A DNA stretch of 64,000 nucleotides, from contig OZ245838.1 in NCBI GenBank assembly GCA_965228735.1, positions 5,856,001 to 5,920,000 on the forward strand. The letters run 5' to 3'. Below, in pieces: positions 18,456 to 27,627 of this stretch. How positions within the stretch are numbered: position 1 is the first letter of the stretch; each line of letters begins with the position of its first letter. Source of the stretch: Planctomycetota bacterium. GTDB lineage: Bacteria > Planctomycetota > UBA1135 > UBA2386. The notes beneath the pieces are model-generated. The model saw only the letters and a program-made list of their open reading frames with translations. It was not told the DNA's origin and searched no databases. Made by a program: the position numbers and the translations under genes.

Positions 18456-18941
18456 GTGTCGCGCGCACTGCTCCTCCTGGCGGTGCTGCCGGCGCTGCTG
18501 CTCGGGTGTGTCACCGCATGGCGCGTGAGTCTCGAGGTCAGTGACCCGTTGAACCCAGTCATGCGCTACCTCTCGGCCAACGTGCTGAGCATGGTCTGGA
18601 TGTTCGTGCTGCCCGCGTTGCTCTTGCGGAGCAAGCTGTCGCTCGGCAAGGCGCTGCTCGTCGCCTTCGTGTTCTTCCTGCTGGTTCGGCTGCCGATCGG
18701 CGCCGTCTACTACCTGGCCTGGGAAGGGCAGTGGACGGTCGAGGCAACCGGGGAGCCGACCCGCTACGTGACCGACATCCGCAACGACTCCAGCGGAGAG
18801 CCGTCGCCGAATCTCATCGTGATCCTGACGACGTTCTTCCCGATCGCGTTCGGCCTGGTGTTCACGTTCGTGCTCTGGAGCCTCTACTGGGCGGTTGCGT
18901 TCCGCGGGAAGCGACCTTTCATGCGCGGAGATGCCGCGTGA
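18456..18941 (+). CDS. Small membrane protein (about 4 TM)
   Basis: Four hydrophobic segments; starts just after the pruA stop. Confidence 0.65.
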   Translation: MSRALLLLAVLPALLLGCVTAWRVSLEVSDPLNPVMRYLSANVLSMVWMFVLPALLLRSKLSLGKALLVAFVFFLLVRLPIGAVYYLAWEGQWTVEATGEPTRYVTDIRNDSSGEPSPNLIVILTTFFPIAFGLVFTFVLWSLYWAVAFRGKRPFMRGDAA

Positions 18942-18973
18942 GACAATCGGACCGGGTTCGGTACGTTCACGTC

Positions 18974-20509
18974 GTGGCGAGGTGGATGACTCGCCTCGGT
19001 GTTGCCGTCGCGGTCTCGGTGGTGGGGCTTGCGGCGCAAGACGGCGCGACCAAGCGCGCGCTGCGCGCCGCCGTCGCCGACCTCGACGTGCAGCCCGAGA
19101 CCGGCGTGGCCGCGGTGACCGCGGTCGAGGCCTATGCGAGCTTCGATACCCGGCGGGCGGCCGACACGTTGCTGGATCTCGCGAGTGATCTCGGCAAGCG
19201 GATCACGCCGATCGTGGAGGATCGCCGCAAGGCGCTGTTCGGTGACGGCGGCAGCGGCCGGATGAAGCGGTCGCGGTACGAACTGCAGAACCTGACCGAC
19301 ACCCTCGAGGCGATCGCGCGCGTGCTCGAGGGTTTCGATTCGACCGATGCGCTGCGGGAGATGCTCGAACGGGTGACCGATCGCGGGCACACGTTGCCGC
19401 TGTGGTTGCGGCTGCGGCTTGCCGCTGCGGTGGCCCGGCTGCCGGAGGGCGAGCTCGATTGGCGGCCTGACCCGCGGAAGCGGCGCAAGGACGACACGCT
19501 GATCGCGGTGCTCACCGCCGTCGCGGCATTGGGCCCGCGGATCGCCGAGGGTGGGGCCGCGGAATGGCTCGTGCAGCAGCTGAGCAACGACAACCCCGAC
19601 GTGCGCAGCGTCGCGGCGCGTGCGCTCGGTGGCCTCGCGTGGCCGGGCGCGGTCGAGCCGCTGATCGCACGGATCGACGTCGAAGACCCCGGTGTGCGTG
19701 AAGCCGTGCTCGATGCGCTCGTCGTGTTGACCGGCGAATGGCCGGGTGACAACGGCGGCTCGTGGCGCGCGTGGCTCGCCGCCGAGGGTGAGCACGTGCT
19801 GTCCGGCAGGCGCGAACTGGGCAAGGGCGACGCGCAGCTGCGGCGGCAGGGCGAGGGCCAGGGCGGCACGTCGGCCGGGTCGTACTTCGGCATCGCGCAG
19901 ACGGGCGCGTCGATCCTCTACGTGATCGACAACTCGCTGTCGATGAAGGCCAAGGTCGAGCAGGTCGGGACGGGCGAGGCCAAGACGCGGTGGGAGGTCT
20001 GCAAGCGCGAGCTTCGCGGTGCGCTGCAGCGGCTCGCGCCGAGCACCCGGTTCAACATCGTGTCGTTCGCGAACAAGGCACGCGCGTTCGAACAGCACAT
20101 GCTCACCGCGGAGCCGGACACGGTTGCGCGTGCCATCGAGTGGGTGGATGCGCTCGATCTCGAGTTCCAGACCAACGTGTTCGACGCGCTCGAGCTGGCC
20201 TTCGCGATTGCCGGCCGTGGTATCGACGACCGCTATTACCAGAGCGAGGTGGACACGATCTTCTTCCTGTCCGACGGCGCGCCGACGATCCCCAACCTCG
20301 ACAAGCGCGGCATCCGTCGCGACGACGCCGAACGCATCCTCCTTGCCGTGCGCCGTTGGAACGCGCTGCGGCGCGTGACGATTCACGCGGTCGGCATCGG
20401 GTTGCGGAATCGCAGGCAGGCCTACGACGACCAGGGGCGCATGCGGCCCACGGCGTTCCTGCAGCGCCTCGCCGCGCAGAACGGCGGCCGCTACCGGCTG
20501 CACCGATAG
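18974..20509 (+). CDS. HEAT-repeat plus von Willebrand factor A domain protein
   Basis: HEAT DNPDVRSVAARALG..AVEPLI; MIDAS DNSLS, TNVFDAL, FFLSDGAP. Start is GTG 18974 or ATG 18986. Confidence 0.85.
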   Translation: MARWMTRLGVAVAVSVVGLAAQDGATKRALRAAVADLDVQPETGVAAVTAVEAYASFDTRRAADTLLDLASDLGKRITPIVEDRRKALFGDGGSGRMKRSRYELQNLTDTLEAIARVLEGFDSTDALREMLERVTDRGHTLPLWLRLRLAAAVARLPEGELDWRPDPRKRRKDDTLIAVLTAVAALGPRIAEGGAAEWLVQQLSNDNPDVRSVAARALGGLAWPGAVEPLIARIDVEDPGVREAVLDALVVLTGEWPGDNGGSWRAWLAAEGEHVLSGRRELGKGDAQLRRQGEGQGGTSAGSYFGIAQTGASILYVIDNSLSMKAKVEQVGTGEAKTRWEVCKRELRGALQRLAPSTRFNIVSFANKARAFEQHMLTAEPDTVARAIEWVDALDLEFQTNVFDALELAFAIAGRGIDDRYYQSEVDTIFFLSDGAPTIPNLDKRGIRRDDAERILLAVRRWNALRRVTIHAVGIGLRNRRQAYDDQGRMRPTAFLQRLAAQNGGRYRLHR

Positions 20510-20528
20510 CGCCGCCGGGTCGGCAGGT

Positions 20529-23384
20529 TCAGCGGCCGAACGTCGCGCGCGCCGTCTTGCCGCGCTGGATCTCGACGAACTGCGGTTGGGCGTCCTCGGA
20601 GGCGCCGAGGCCTTTGAGCTCGACGCGCCAGCGGCCGGGCAGCAGACCGTCGATCGTCGTTCGGCTGCGCCGCAGCATGGCGTCGCGGGCGCGCGGGTCC
20701 TTGCCGTCTGCGGGCGCGGGCCCGGCCCATGTCGCGCGGGCCGCGAGGGCGCCGCGCACGCCGACGGCGCTCACGCTCACGCGGCCGCCGCCGCGCAGGA
20801 CGATCTCGACGCCATCCCGCGTCGTGCCGGCGGGGATCGGCTCGATCGTCGTGTTGCCCGTCACGTGCAGCCTGGCCTCGGCCTGGATCGCGAGTGCCAT
20901 GCCAGGTCGCACGCCGCGCAGCTCGAAGTTGCCGTCGCCGTCGGTGCGGATCGGTTCGCTCCCGCCGCCGCCGAAGAGGCTCGTGAGCATGCCGCGCGCG
21001 TCACCCATCTGGGTTGCGACGTCCAGCGTTTCGGGGCTGGCCGGCAGGGCGGCGATCGATGCGCGCGCGATCGGCTCACCGCGATCGTCGACGACGCGGC
21101 CCTTCACGATCGTCAGCTGCAGCGGCACGTTCACCTGATTGTCGCCCTCGACGACGGTGACGGGCTGCGTCGCCGGCATCGCGAGGTCGTCGTGGCGCAC
21201 GACGAGCCGGTACTCGCCGATATCGATTGCCTGGATCTCGAACCAGCCGTCGACGTCGGACTCGTCCGTCTGGGATGTGCCACCGAGGAACTGGCCGACG
21301 GTCGCCTCGATCATCTGCGAGGCCATCTCGCGCGCCGCGCTCTCCTCGTCGTCGAGCCCGGCCGGCAGCAACTGGATCTGCGCGCGATCGAGCGGTCGGC
21401 CGTTCATCGTTACGGTGCCCGTGAGTCGGCCGCGCAGCGGTTCCGTGAGCACGAGCTCCGCGCTGCCGCCTTCCTGCACGAGGACGGTTTCGCCAGTGCC
21501 GGTCTCCATCAGGCCCTGGAGCTGGATCCGCAGGCCGCCCTCGTCACCCGCGTCGGTGCCGAGCAGCCGGAACTGATGCTCGCCGGGCGTCAGGCCGGTG
21601 AACGCGCGCTCTCCGGCGGCGTTCGTGCGCGCTGTGTCCTTGTCGCCCGCGACGGGACCCTGGCGCTCGACGACGGCGTTGGCGAGGGTGTTGCCGTGGC
21701 CGTCACGCGTGCGCACCGTCACAGCGCCGCCGCGTCGCAGTCGCACGGTGATCGGCTGCTCCCCGGCGGGTTGCAGGGAGAACGGCTCGGAGCTCGCGAG
21801 CGCATAGTCTTCGGCCCGGACGATCACGTGCGCCTGGCCCTCGAACACCGGCGTGATGCGGCAGTGACCGTTCTCGTCGGTGACGGTCTTCTTCTGCCCG
21901 CCGGGATCGTCGAGGTCGATGTTGGGGCCGGCCGGTGTTGCCACGTTGGTGCGGGCGGAGAACGACACCGAACCCGAGCGTTCGCTCGCCTCGCCGTCGT
22001 CGTCACCCGGTGGCTCGAAGCTCTCGAGTTCGACCTCGGCGCCGGCGATTGGCTGGCCCGTCGCGGCGTCGATGACTTCGGTCACGACGATCGGGGCCTC
22101 GGCGAGGCTCGCGGTCCCGAGGTCGATCACCCCCGTGCGGTTGCCGTCGATGTCGCGACGGATCCACCGCTTCTTGCCCTCCGCGCGGATCTCGAGTGCG
22201 AGTGTCGTCGACTCGGCGCTCGTGACCTCGAACTCGGACACCTCCACGATGCCGCCGGGGAACTCCTCCTGTGGGATCGGGCGCAGGGCCGGGACGGGCA
22301 CCGACAGGCCGAGCACCGAGAGCTCACGCACCGTGCCCGCACTCACCGTGAGGTGCTCGATCGGCGCGTTCGTGCGCGCGTCGATGACGCGGACCGTCAC
22401 GATCGTCGGTTCGCGCCACATGAGTTCCACGCCCTGCGTGCCGGCCGCGAACTCGGCGACGATCGTCGTCTTGCGCCACTGTCCGAGCTCGACGTCGTCA
22501 GGGATGTCGCCGCCCGATGCCCACGCGCCGGGGTCCGAGTCGCCCTGCATCTGCGCGGCCCAGACGCGGTAGCTGCTGGCCGGGTCGAGCCCGTGCAGCT
22601 CGAAGCGCGCCTCCTCGTCGAGCGCGGAGTTGCGCGCGCCGATCGGGATGCCGAGGGCGTCGACGAGACCGCCGAGGTCAATGACCGCGCCGGCCATCGC
22701 GTTGCCGATGCCGCCCTCGATGCGCTTGCAGAACACGCGCACGTTCGCGGCGTCCGGCGGCCCGCCGAGGACCCGGCCCGTGATCGACACCCCGTCGCGC
22801 AGCGTGATGACGATGCCGCCTTTGTCCGCGGTCGCGTTGCCGTTCGTGCCGCCGCGCGGGTGGCGGGCGTGCGTCGCGATCAGCCGATAGTCGCCGCCCT
22901 CGCGGCGCTGCATCCGGATCGCGAACGTGCCGTCGTCGGCGGTCCGCACGCCGTTGCCGGCTCCTGCCATCATGTCGTCGAGCCCCCCGATCCGGAACGG
23001 CAGCTGCTCGGCGCGTTCGTCGGCGAGCACCACGCGCGCCTTCGCGAGGCCTTCGCCGCGGGCGTCGACGACGCGGCCGCGCAGCCATGGGCCGGCCGGT
23101 TCGGGTTCGTCGTCGGCGGCTCCCGGGTCCTCGGCCGCGCCGTCGGAGGCCGTGCCGCTCGGACTCGGCGCCGCTTGCCGTTCGACGGCGGCGGCGGGGG
23201 CCGCGTTCCCCTGGCTCGACTGCGCTGCATCGCCGGCCGCTGCACCGGCTGTCGTCGACTGCCCTGCCGGCGCGTCGGGTCGGATCCCGACGTCGTCCGA
23301 CCCGAGCCAAAGCCATGCCAGCAGACCGGCGGCGAGCACGATGAGCAGGACGGCGAGCAGGGCGATGGGGGGCTTCATCGTCAC
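20529..23384 (-). CDS. Membrane-anchored carboxypeptidase regulatory-like repeat protein
   Basis: N-terminal TM anchor, Ala/Pro linker, repeats such as LRGRVVDARGEGLAKARV and VKGRVVDDRGEPIARA..RTDGDGNF. Confidence 0.85.
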   Translation of the reverse strand: MTMKPPIALLAVLLIVLAAGLLAWLWLGSDDVGIRPDAPAGQSTTAGAAAGDAAQSSQGNAAPAAAVERQAAPSPSGTASDGAAEDPGAADDEPEPAGPWLRGRVVDARGEGLAKARVVLADERAEQLPFRIGGLDDMMAGAGNGVRTADDGTFAIRMQRREGGDYRLIATHARHPRGGTNGNATADKGGIVITLRDGVSITGRVLGGPPDAANVRVFCKRIEGGIGNAMAGAVIDLGGLVDALGIPIGARNSALDEEARFELHGLDPASSYRVWAAQMQGDSDPGAWASGGDIPDDVELGQWRKTTIVAEFAAGTQGVELMWREPTIVTVRVIDARTNAPIEHLTVSAGTVRELSVLGLSVPVPALRPIPQEEFPGGIVEVSEFEVTSAESTTLALEIRAEGKKRWIRRDIDGNRTGVIDLGTASLAEAPIVVTEVIDAATGQPIAGAEVELESFEPPGDDDGEASERSGSVSFSARTNVATPAGPNIDLDDPGGQKKTVTDENGHCRITPVFEGQAHVIVRAEDYALASSEPFSLQPAGEQPITVRLRRGGAVTVRTRDGHGNTLANAVVERQGPVAGDKDTARTNAAGERAFTGLTPGEHQFRLLGTDAGDEGGLRIQLQGLMETGTGETVLVQEGGSAELVLTEPLRGRLTGTVTMNGRPLDRAQIQLLPAGLDDEESAAREMASQMIEATVGQFLGGTSQTDESDVDGWFEIQAIDIGEYRLVVRHDDLAMPATQPVTVVEGDNQVNVPLQLTIVKGRVVDDRGEPIARASIAALPASPETLDVATQMGDARGMLTSLFGGGGSEPIRTDGDGNFELRGVRPGMALAIQAEARLHVTGNTTIEPIPAGTTRDGVEIVLRGGGRVSVSAVGVRGALAARATWAGPAPADGKDPRARDAMLRRSRTTIDGLLPGRWRVELKGLGASEDAQPQFVEIQRGKTARATFGR

Positions 23385-23453
23385 GCTGTGGCCCGGTCCC
23401 GAGGGTGGCCTGTCGCTGCCAGGCGACTTTTCCGGCAGCGAACGGGTCGTGCG

Positions 23454-24203
23454 TTACGTCGCCGCAGTCAGCTCGAGCCGGGCGACGAGCGGCAGATGAT
23501 CCGACGCCGCGCGGGCGCGCTTGTCACGGGGGCGTTCGAGGGCCAGCAGCTCGAGGTCGCCGCGGAGCCAGAGCGAGTCGAGCGCCCGCACCGGGGCCCA
23601 CGCCGGGAACGTGCGCGGCGCGCGGGCGGGGCCGGTGAACCCGGCCGGCGCGAGCAGGCGGCGGCCGAGCGAGCCGTACACGTCGTTGAAGTCGCCCGCG
23701 ACGATCGTCGGCGTGGACCTGCGGATCGCGCGCATGGGTTCGGAGGCCAGCAACAGCTCGAGTTGCTTCCGGCGTTCGCGTTCGGCGAGGCCGAGATGCA
23801 GGTTGAACGCGTGCAGCGTGCGGTGGTGGCCGTCACCGGCGTCGACGCGCAGCTCGGCATGCAGCACCGAACGGGCCTTCTTGCGCGGCAACGTGACGTC
23901 GATGTTCTCGGTATTCGTGATTCGCGCGCTGCTCAGGATCGCGTTGCCGTACTCACCGCGGCGTTTGCCGAAGCGCACGTTCACGAAGTAGCTCTTGTGC
24001 GGCAGCCCGAGCGCTTCCTGCAGCACGTCGACCTGGGCTTCACCGCGGTAGTGCGTGCCGTTCTGCGCGACCTCCTGCAGCAGGACGACGTCGGGTTCGG
24101 CTGCCGCGATCACTGCGGCGATGCGCGCCGGGTCGTAGCGCCGATCCAGGCCGCCGATGCACTTGTGAACGTTCCAGGTGACGACGGTCAGCCGTGACAA
24201 CAC
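23454..24203 (-). CDS. Endonuclease/exonuclease/phosphatase family protein
   Basis: TWNVHK, LQEV, YGNAILS, HLGL, GDFND, LD, SDHLP motifs. Confidence 0.9.
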   Translation of the reverse strand: MLSRLTVVTWNVHKCIGGLDRRYDPARIAAVIAAAEPDVVLLQEVAQNGTHYRGEAQVDVLQEALGLPHKSYFVNVRFGKRRGEYGNAILSSARITNTENIDVTLPRKKARSVLHAELRVDAGDGHHRTLHAFNLHLGLAERERRKQLELLLASEPMRAIRRSTPTIVAGDFNDVYGSLGRRLLAPAGFTGPARAPRTFPAWAPVRALDSLWLRGDLELLALERPRDKRARAASDHLPLVARLELTAAT

Positions 24204-24847
24204 GAGTCTCCCATTGAGCTGGCGACGCCGCGCCACACCAGCGCGACCACGGCCAACAGCATGGCGACTCGTTGTACGATTCTCACGGTCCGAGGACCGA
24301 AGCGCTGCGCGATTCGGCCGGCCTGACTCTGGGCGAGCAGCAGCAGCGGCAGCGAACCGACGGCGAACCCGCCCATGACCGAGGCGCCCGCGACGGGAGA
24401 TCCGGCCAGGCTCGCGCCCGCGAACGCGGACCACAGGAGCCCGCACGGCAGCAGCGGCGTGATCGCGCCGAGCAGCAGCGCGCGCAGGCCGGGGGAGAAG
24501 CGGCGCGCCTGGGCGTTCAACGCCGGCACGACTCGCCGCAGCCCCGGGACGTTGAGCGCGCCGCGTTCGCCGAAGCACAGCAGCACGAGGATGCCGGCGG
24601 CGAGCACGAACGCGACGATGCTCGCGGGTCGTGCGAGCGTGTCGGCGCCGAGCGCTGCGCCGAGTCCGCCGAGCGCGAAGCCGACGAGCGCGTACGCGGC
24701 GGTCCGGCCTACGTGATACGACGCCATGCCCACGGCCGATCCGCCGGTCGCAGAGCCGTGGATCAACAGCGCGAGCGGCCCGCACATGCACGCGCAGTGC
24801 AGCGAGTTCGCGAAGCCGAACACGAAGCTGTCGAGCAGGCTGTCCAT
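24188..24847 (-). CDS. TauE/SafE (DsbD_2)-family membrane protein associated with cbb3 oxidase biogenesis
   Basis: SLHCACMCGP, YHVGR, LLPCGL motifs, multiple TMs; divergent from ccoI. Confidence 0.85.
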   Translation of the reverse strand: MDSLLDSFVFGFANSLHCACMCGPLALLIHGSATGGSAVGMASYHVGRTAAYALVGFALGGLGAALGADTLARPASIVAFVLAAGILVLLCFGERGALNVPGLRRVVPALNAQARRFSPGLRALLLGAITPLLPCGLLWSAFAGASLAGSPVAGASVMGGFAVGSLPLLLLAQSQAGRIAQRFGPRTVRIVQRVAMLLAVVALVWRGVASSMGDSCCHG

Positions 24848-25027
24848 CGTCGAGACCTGGACCGCAACCGCCGCTGCCGTGCGTGAGTTTCGCGATTGTC
24901 GATTCGTGGCGCGCGACGTTCGCACTATGGCCACCTTCGCCGTTGCGCTCGGCGTAGGGCGTCGCATTCTCGTCGAAGAATCGCAGGCGCGACGAAACTC
25001 CGCGGGCGCAGTTGCCATTGCGGGAGC

Positions 25028-27427
25028 ATGAAGCGCGATCCGCTGGTCTCTCATCGAGAGCAGCAGTCGCCCCTCCGCGACGCGGAGCGAGCGACCTCGC
25101 GGGGGAAAGGCTCGGCCCGATGTACGCACTGTGGCCTACCCGTGCCTGCCGAACGGCGTAGTTCGACGTTCTGCTGCGCGGGCTGCGAGACCGTCCATGC
25201 GCTGCTCGTCGGCGAGGGCCTCGAGCGCTTCTACGAGCTCGGGGGCAGTGCGAGCGGCGCCGTGGGCGACGTGCCGCGCGTGCCGGCGTTCGACTGGCTC
25301 CCGAGTGCGGAGCTGGCGGCCGCCGGTGACGCCGAGCCGGCCGAACTGCGCCTCGTGCTCGACATCCAGGGCATCCGCTGCGCCGCGTGCGTCTGGCTCC
25401 TGCGGGCGCTGTGGGATCGGTTGCCCGGCGCGCGGGACCTGCGGATCGATGCGTCGCTCGGGCGGGCGACCCTGACCTACGAACGCGCCGCCGGTACCGC
25501 GGCGGCGTTCCTGCCGGTCGCCGCGCGCTTCGGCTACCTGCTGGCGCCGGCGAGTCGACGGGCCGAACGCAGCGGTGGCCTGATGCTGCGCCTCGGCATC
25601 ACGGCGGCGATCGCGATGAACGCGATGATCCTCGCCGTCAGCCTCTACTTCGGTCTCGATACCGCGACCACGGCGTCCGAGGTCACGCTGCGCACGATCT
25701 TCGAGAACGTGCTGTTCGCACTCGCGACGGTCAGCGTGATCGTCGGTGGCCCGGTGTTCTTCCGCGCGGCGTGGGCCGGCGTGCGGGTCGGGGTCGTGCA
25801 CATGGACCTGCCGATCTCACTCGGGATCGCGCTCGCGTACTCGGGTTCGGTGTTCGCGCACCTGGCCGGCGGCGAGGCCTACTTCGACGCGGTCGCGATC
25901 TTCATCGCGCTGATGCTCGGTGGCCGGTTCCTGCAGGAGCGGACCCTGGCCAGGAGCCGGGACCAGGTGCTCGCGGACGATGGGGCGGATCACCTGCGCA
26001 GTCGCGTCGTGCGCCCCGGCGGCGAGCTCGATCTCGTGCCGGTCAAGGAGGTGAACCGCGGCGACGAGCTGGTCTTCGCCCCCGGCGATCTCGTGCCCGT
26101 GCGGGCGCGGCTGATCGCCGGCTCGCCCGCGGCGTTCTCGCTCGACTGGATCAACGGCGAGAGCGAGCCGCGCGCCTACGAGGACGGGGACGAGGTGCCG
26201 GCCGGGGCGTTCCAGGCCGGGCGCACCGCCGTGCGCGCGATCGCCATGGCGGACTACGTCGACTCCGGGCTCGCCGACCTGCTGAGCCATGGTCCCGTCG
26301 ATCGCGAGGACACGCGCGGCAAGGTCCGGTTCTGGGAACGGCTCAACCGGTTCTACGCCGTGGGCGTGCTCGCGGTCGCTGGCCTGGCCGCGATCCTCTG
26401 GGCGTTCGTCGACCCCGCGCGCATCCTGCCCGTCGTCGTCTCCGTGCTCGTGGTGACGTGCCCGTGCGCGCTCGGGATCGCGACGCCGCTGGCGTTCCAC
26501 CTGACGGTCGCGGGTCTGCGCCGGGCCGGAGTCTTCGTGCGCACGCGCAGCCTGCTCGACAAGGTCCGGGCCGTGCGCCACGTCGTGTTCGACAAGACCG
26601 GCACGCTGACGCACGGTGGGCTGCGGGCGACGGTGGTCATGCTGCCGGCCGGGCGCGACCTCGAGGTGCTCGCCACGATGACGGCCTCGAGCAATCACCC
26701 CGTCAGCGCGGCCGTGCTCGCGGCCCTCCCGGAGCGGCCGTTTCGCTCCGACCTGACGGTGCGTGAGCGCATCGGTCAGCACCTGGAGTGCGAGGTCGAT
26801 GGGCGCGCGTATCGACTGGCCGGCGGGGAGTTCACCCTCGACGGGGTCCTCGTCGGGCGCTTCGAACTCGCCGAGGACTATCGCACCGGTGCGGCCGAGG
26901 AGATCGCGTGGCTGCAGGCGCAGGGCTTCGCGGTTCACCTGCTGTCGGGCGACCGGATCGACCGCACGCAGGCGGCCGCCGCGCAGCTCGGCATTCCGGT
27001 GGCACAGGCGCGGGGCGGCATGAGCCCGGGAGCCAAGGCCGCGGCGATTCGCGCGCTCGACGACGGCGACACGCTGATGCTCGGCGATGGCCTCAACGAT
27101 TCTCCCGCGTTCGACGCGGCGTTCTGCGCGGGCACACCGGCGATGGATCGTCCGGTGCTGCCGGCGCGCGCGGACTTCTGCTTCCGGGGTGAGCGCAGCG
27201 GCTCCGTCCGCGCCGTCGTGTCGGCGGCGGCTCGCCATGCGCACGTCGTCCGCACCAACCTGACCATGGCGGTCGTCTACAACGCGAGTGCCGTGACCCT
27301 GTGCTTCCTCGGCCTCATGAGCCCCGCACTCTGTGCCGTGCTCATGCCGGCCAGTTCGGTCGCCCTCGTGCTGCACACCAGCCTGCGGGCCGGGTCGGCC
27401 AGGTCGGACGCCGGGAGCGCCAGATGA
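25028..27427 (+). CDS. ccoI: Heavy-metal P1B-type ATPase CcoI/FixI
   Basis: CxxC..CCxGC N-domain, HMA CAAC, TM CPC, DKTGT, HP, GDGLND; directly upstream of ccoS-ccoNO. Confidence 0.9.
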   Translation: MKRDPLVSHREQQSPLRDAERATSRGKGSARCTHCGLPVPAERRSSTFCCAGCETVHALLVGEGLERFYELGGSASGAVGDVPRVPAFDWLPSAELAAAGDAEPAELRLVLDIQGIRCAACVWLLRALWDRLPGARDLRIDASLGRATLTYERAAGTAAAFLPVAARFGYLLAPASRRAERSGGLMLRLGITAAIAMNAMILAVSLYFGLDTATTASEVTLRTIFENVLFALATVSVIVGGPVFFRAAWAGVRVGVVHMDLPISLGIALAYSGSVFAHLAGGEAYFDAVAIFIALMLGGRFLQERTLARSRDQVLADDGADHLRSRVVRPGGELDLVPVKEVNRGDELVFAPGDLVPVRARLIAGSPAAFSLDWINGESEPRAYEDGDEVPAGAFQAGRTAVRAIAMADYVDSGLADLLSHGPVDREDTRGKVRFWERLNRFYAVGVLAVAGLAAILWAFVDPARILPVVVSVLVVTCPCALGIATPLAFHLTVAGLRRAGVFVRTRSLLDKVRAVRHVVFDKTGTLTHGGLRATVVMLPAGRDLEVLATMTASSNHPVSAAVLAALPERPFRSDLTVRERIGQHLECEVDGRAYRLAGGEFTLDGVLVGRFELAEDYRTGAAEEIAWLQAQGFAVHLLSGDRIDRTQAAAAQLGIPVAQARGGMSPGAKAAAIRALDDGDTLMLGDGLNDSPAFDAAFCAGTPAMDRPVLPARADFCFRGERSGSVRAVVSAAARHAHVVRTNLTMAVVYNASAVTLCFLGLMSPALCAVLMPASSVALVLHTSLRAGSARSDAGSAR

Positions 27428-27627
27428 CCGTCGTGATGCTGCTGTTGCTCTGCAGCCTGGTCCTCGTCGGTGGCGCGATCGTGCTGTTCGTCTTCTCGGC
27501 GAAGCAGGGCGACTGCCACGAAGCCGAACGCATCTGTCTGCTGCCGCTCGATGACGACGAGCGCCCGGCCGGCGACCCCTCCTCTTCAAACTCCACCCAC
27601 CTCTCTCCCGAGGATTCCCATGACTGA
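27424..27627 (+). CDS. ccoS: cbb3 oxidase maturation protein CcoS/FixS
   Basis: Short single-TM protein ending KQGD..E...LLPLDDDE; ATGA overlap with ccoI. Confidence 0.8.
   Translation: MTVVMLLLLCSLVLVGGAIVLFVFSAKQGDCHEAERICLLPLDDDERPAGDPSSSNSTHLSPEDSHD

Noticed and set aside
24188..24847. Sulfite exporter working with the MBL-rhodanese gene
   Set aside because: It is 30 kb away, and its HCxxMCG/PCG motifs and position beside ccoI fit the cbb3 biogenesis-associated subfamily.
24848..25027. RegA/PrrA-like GCGNC-N5-GNCGC site upstream of ccoI
   Set aside because: Only loose matches (such as GCGACGAAACTCCGC), which arise easily by chance in GC-rich DNA.
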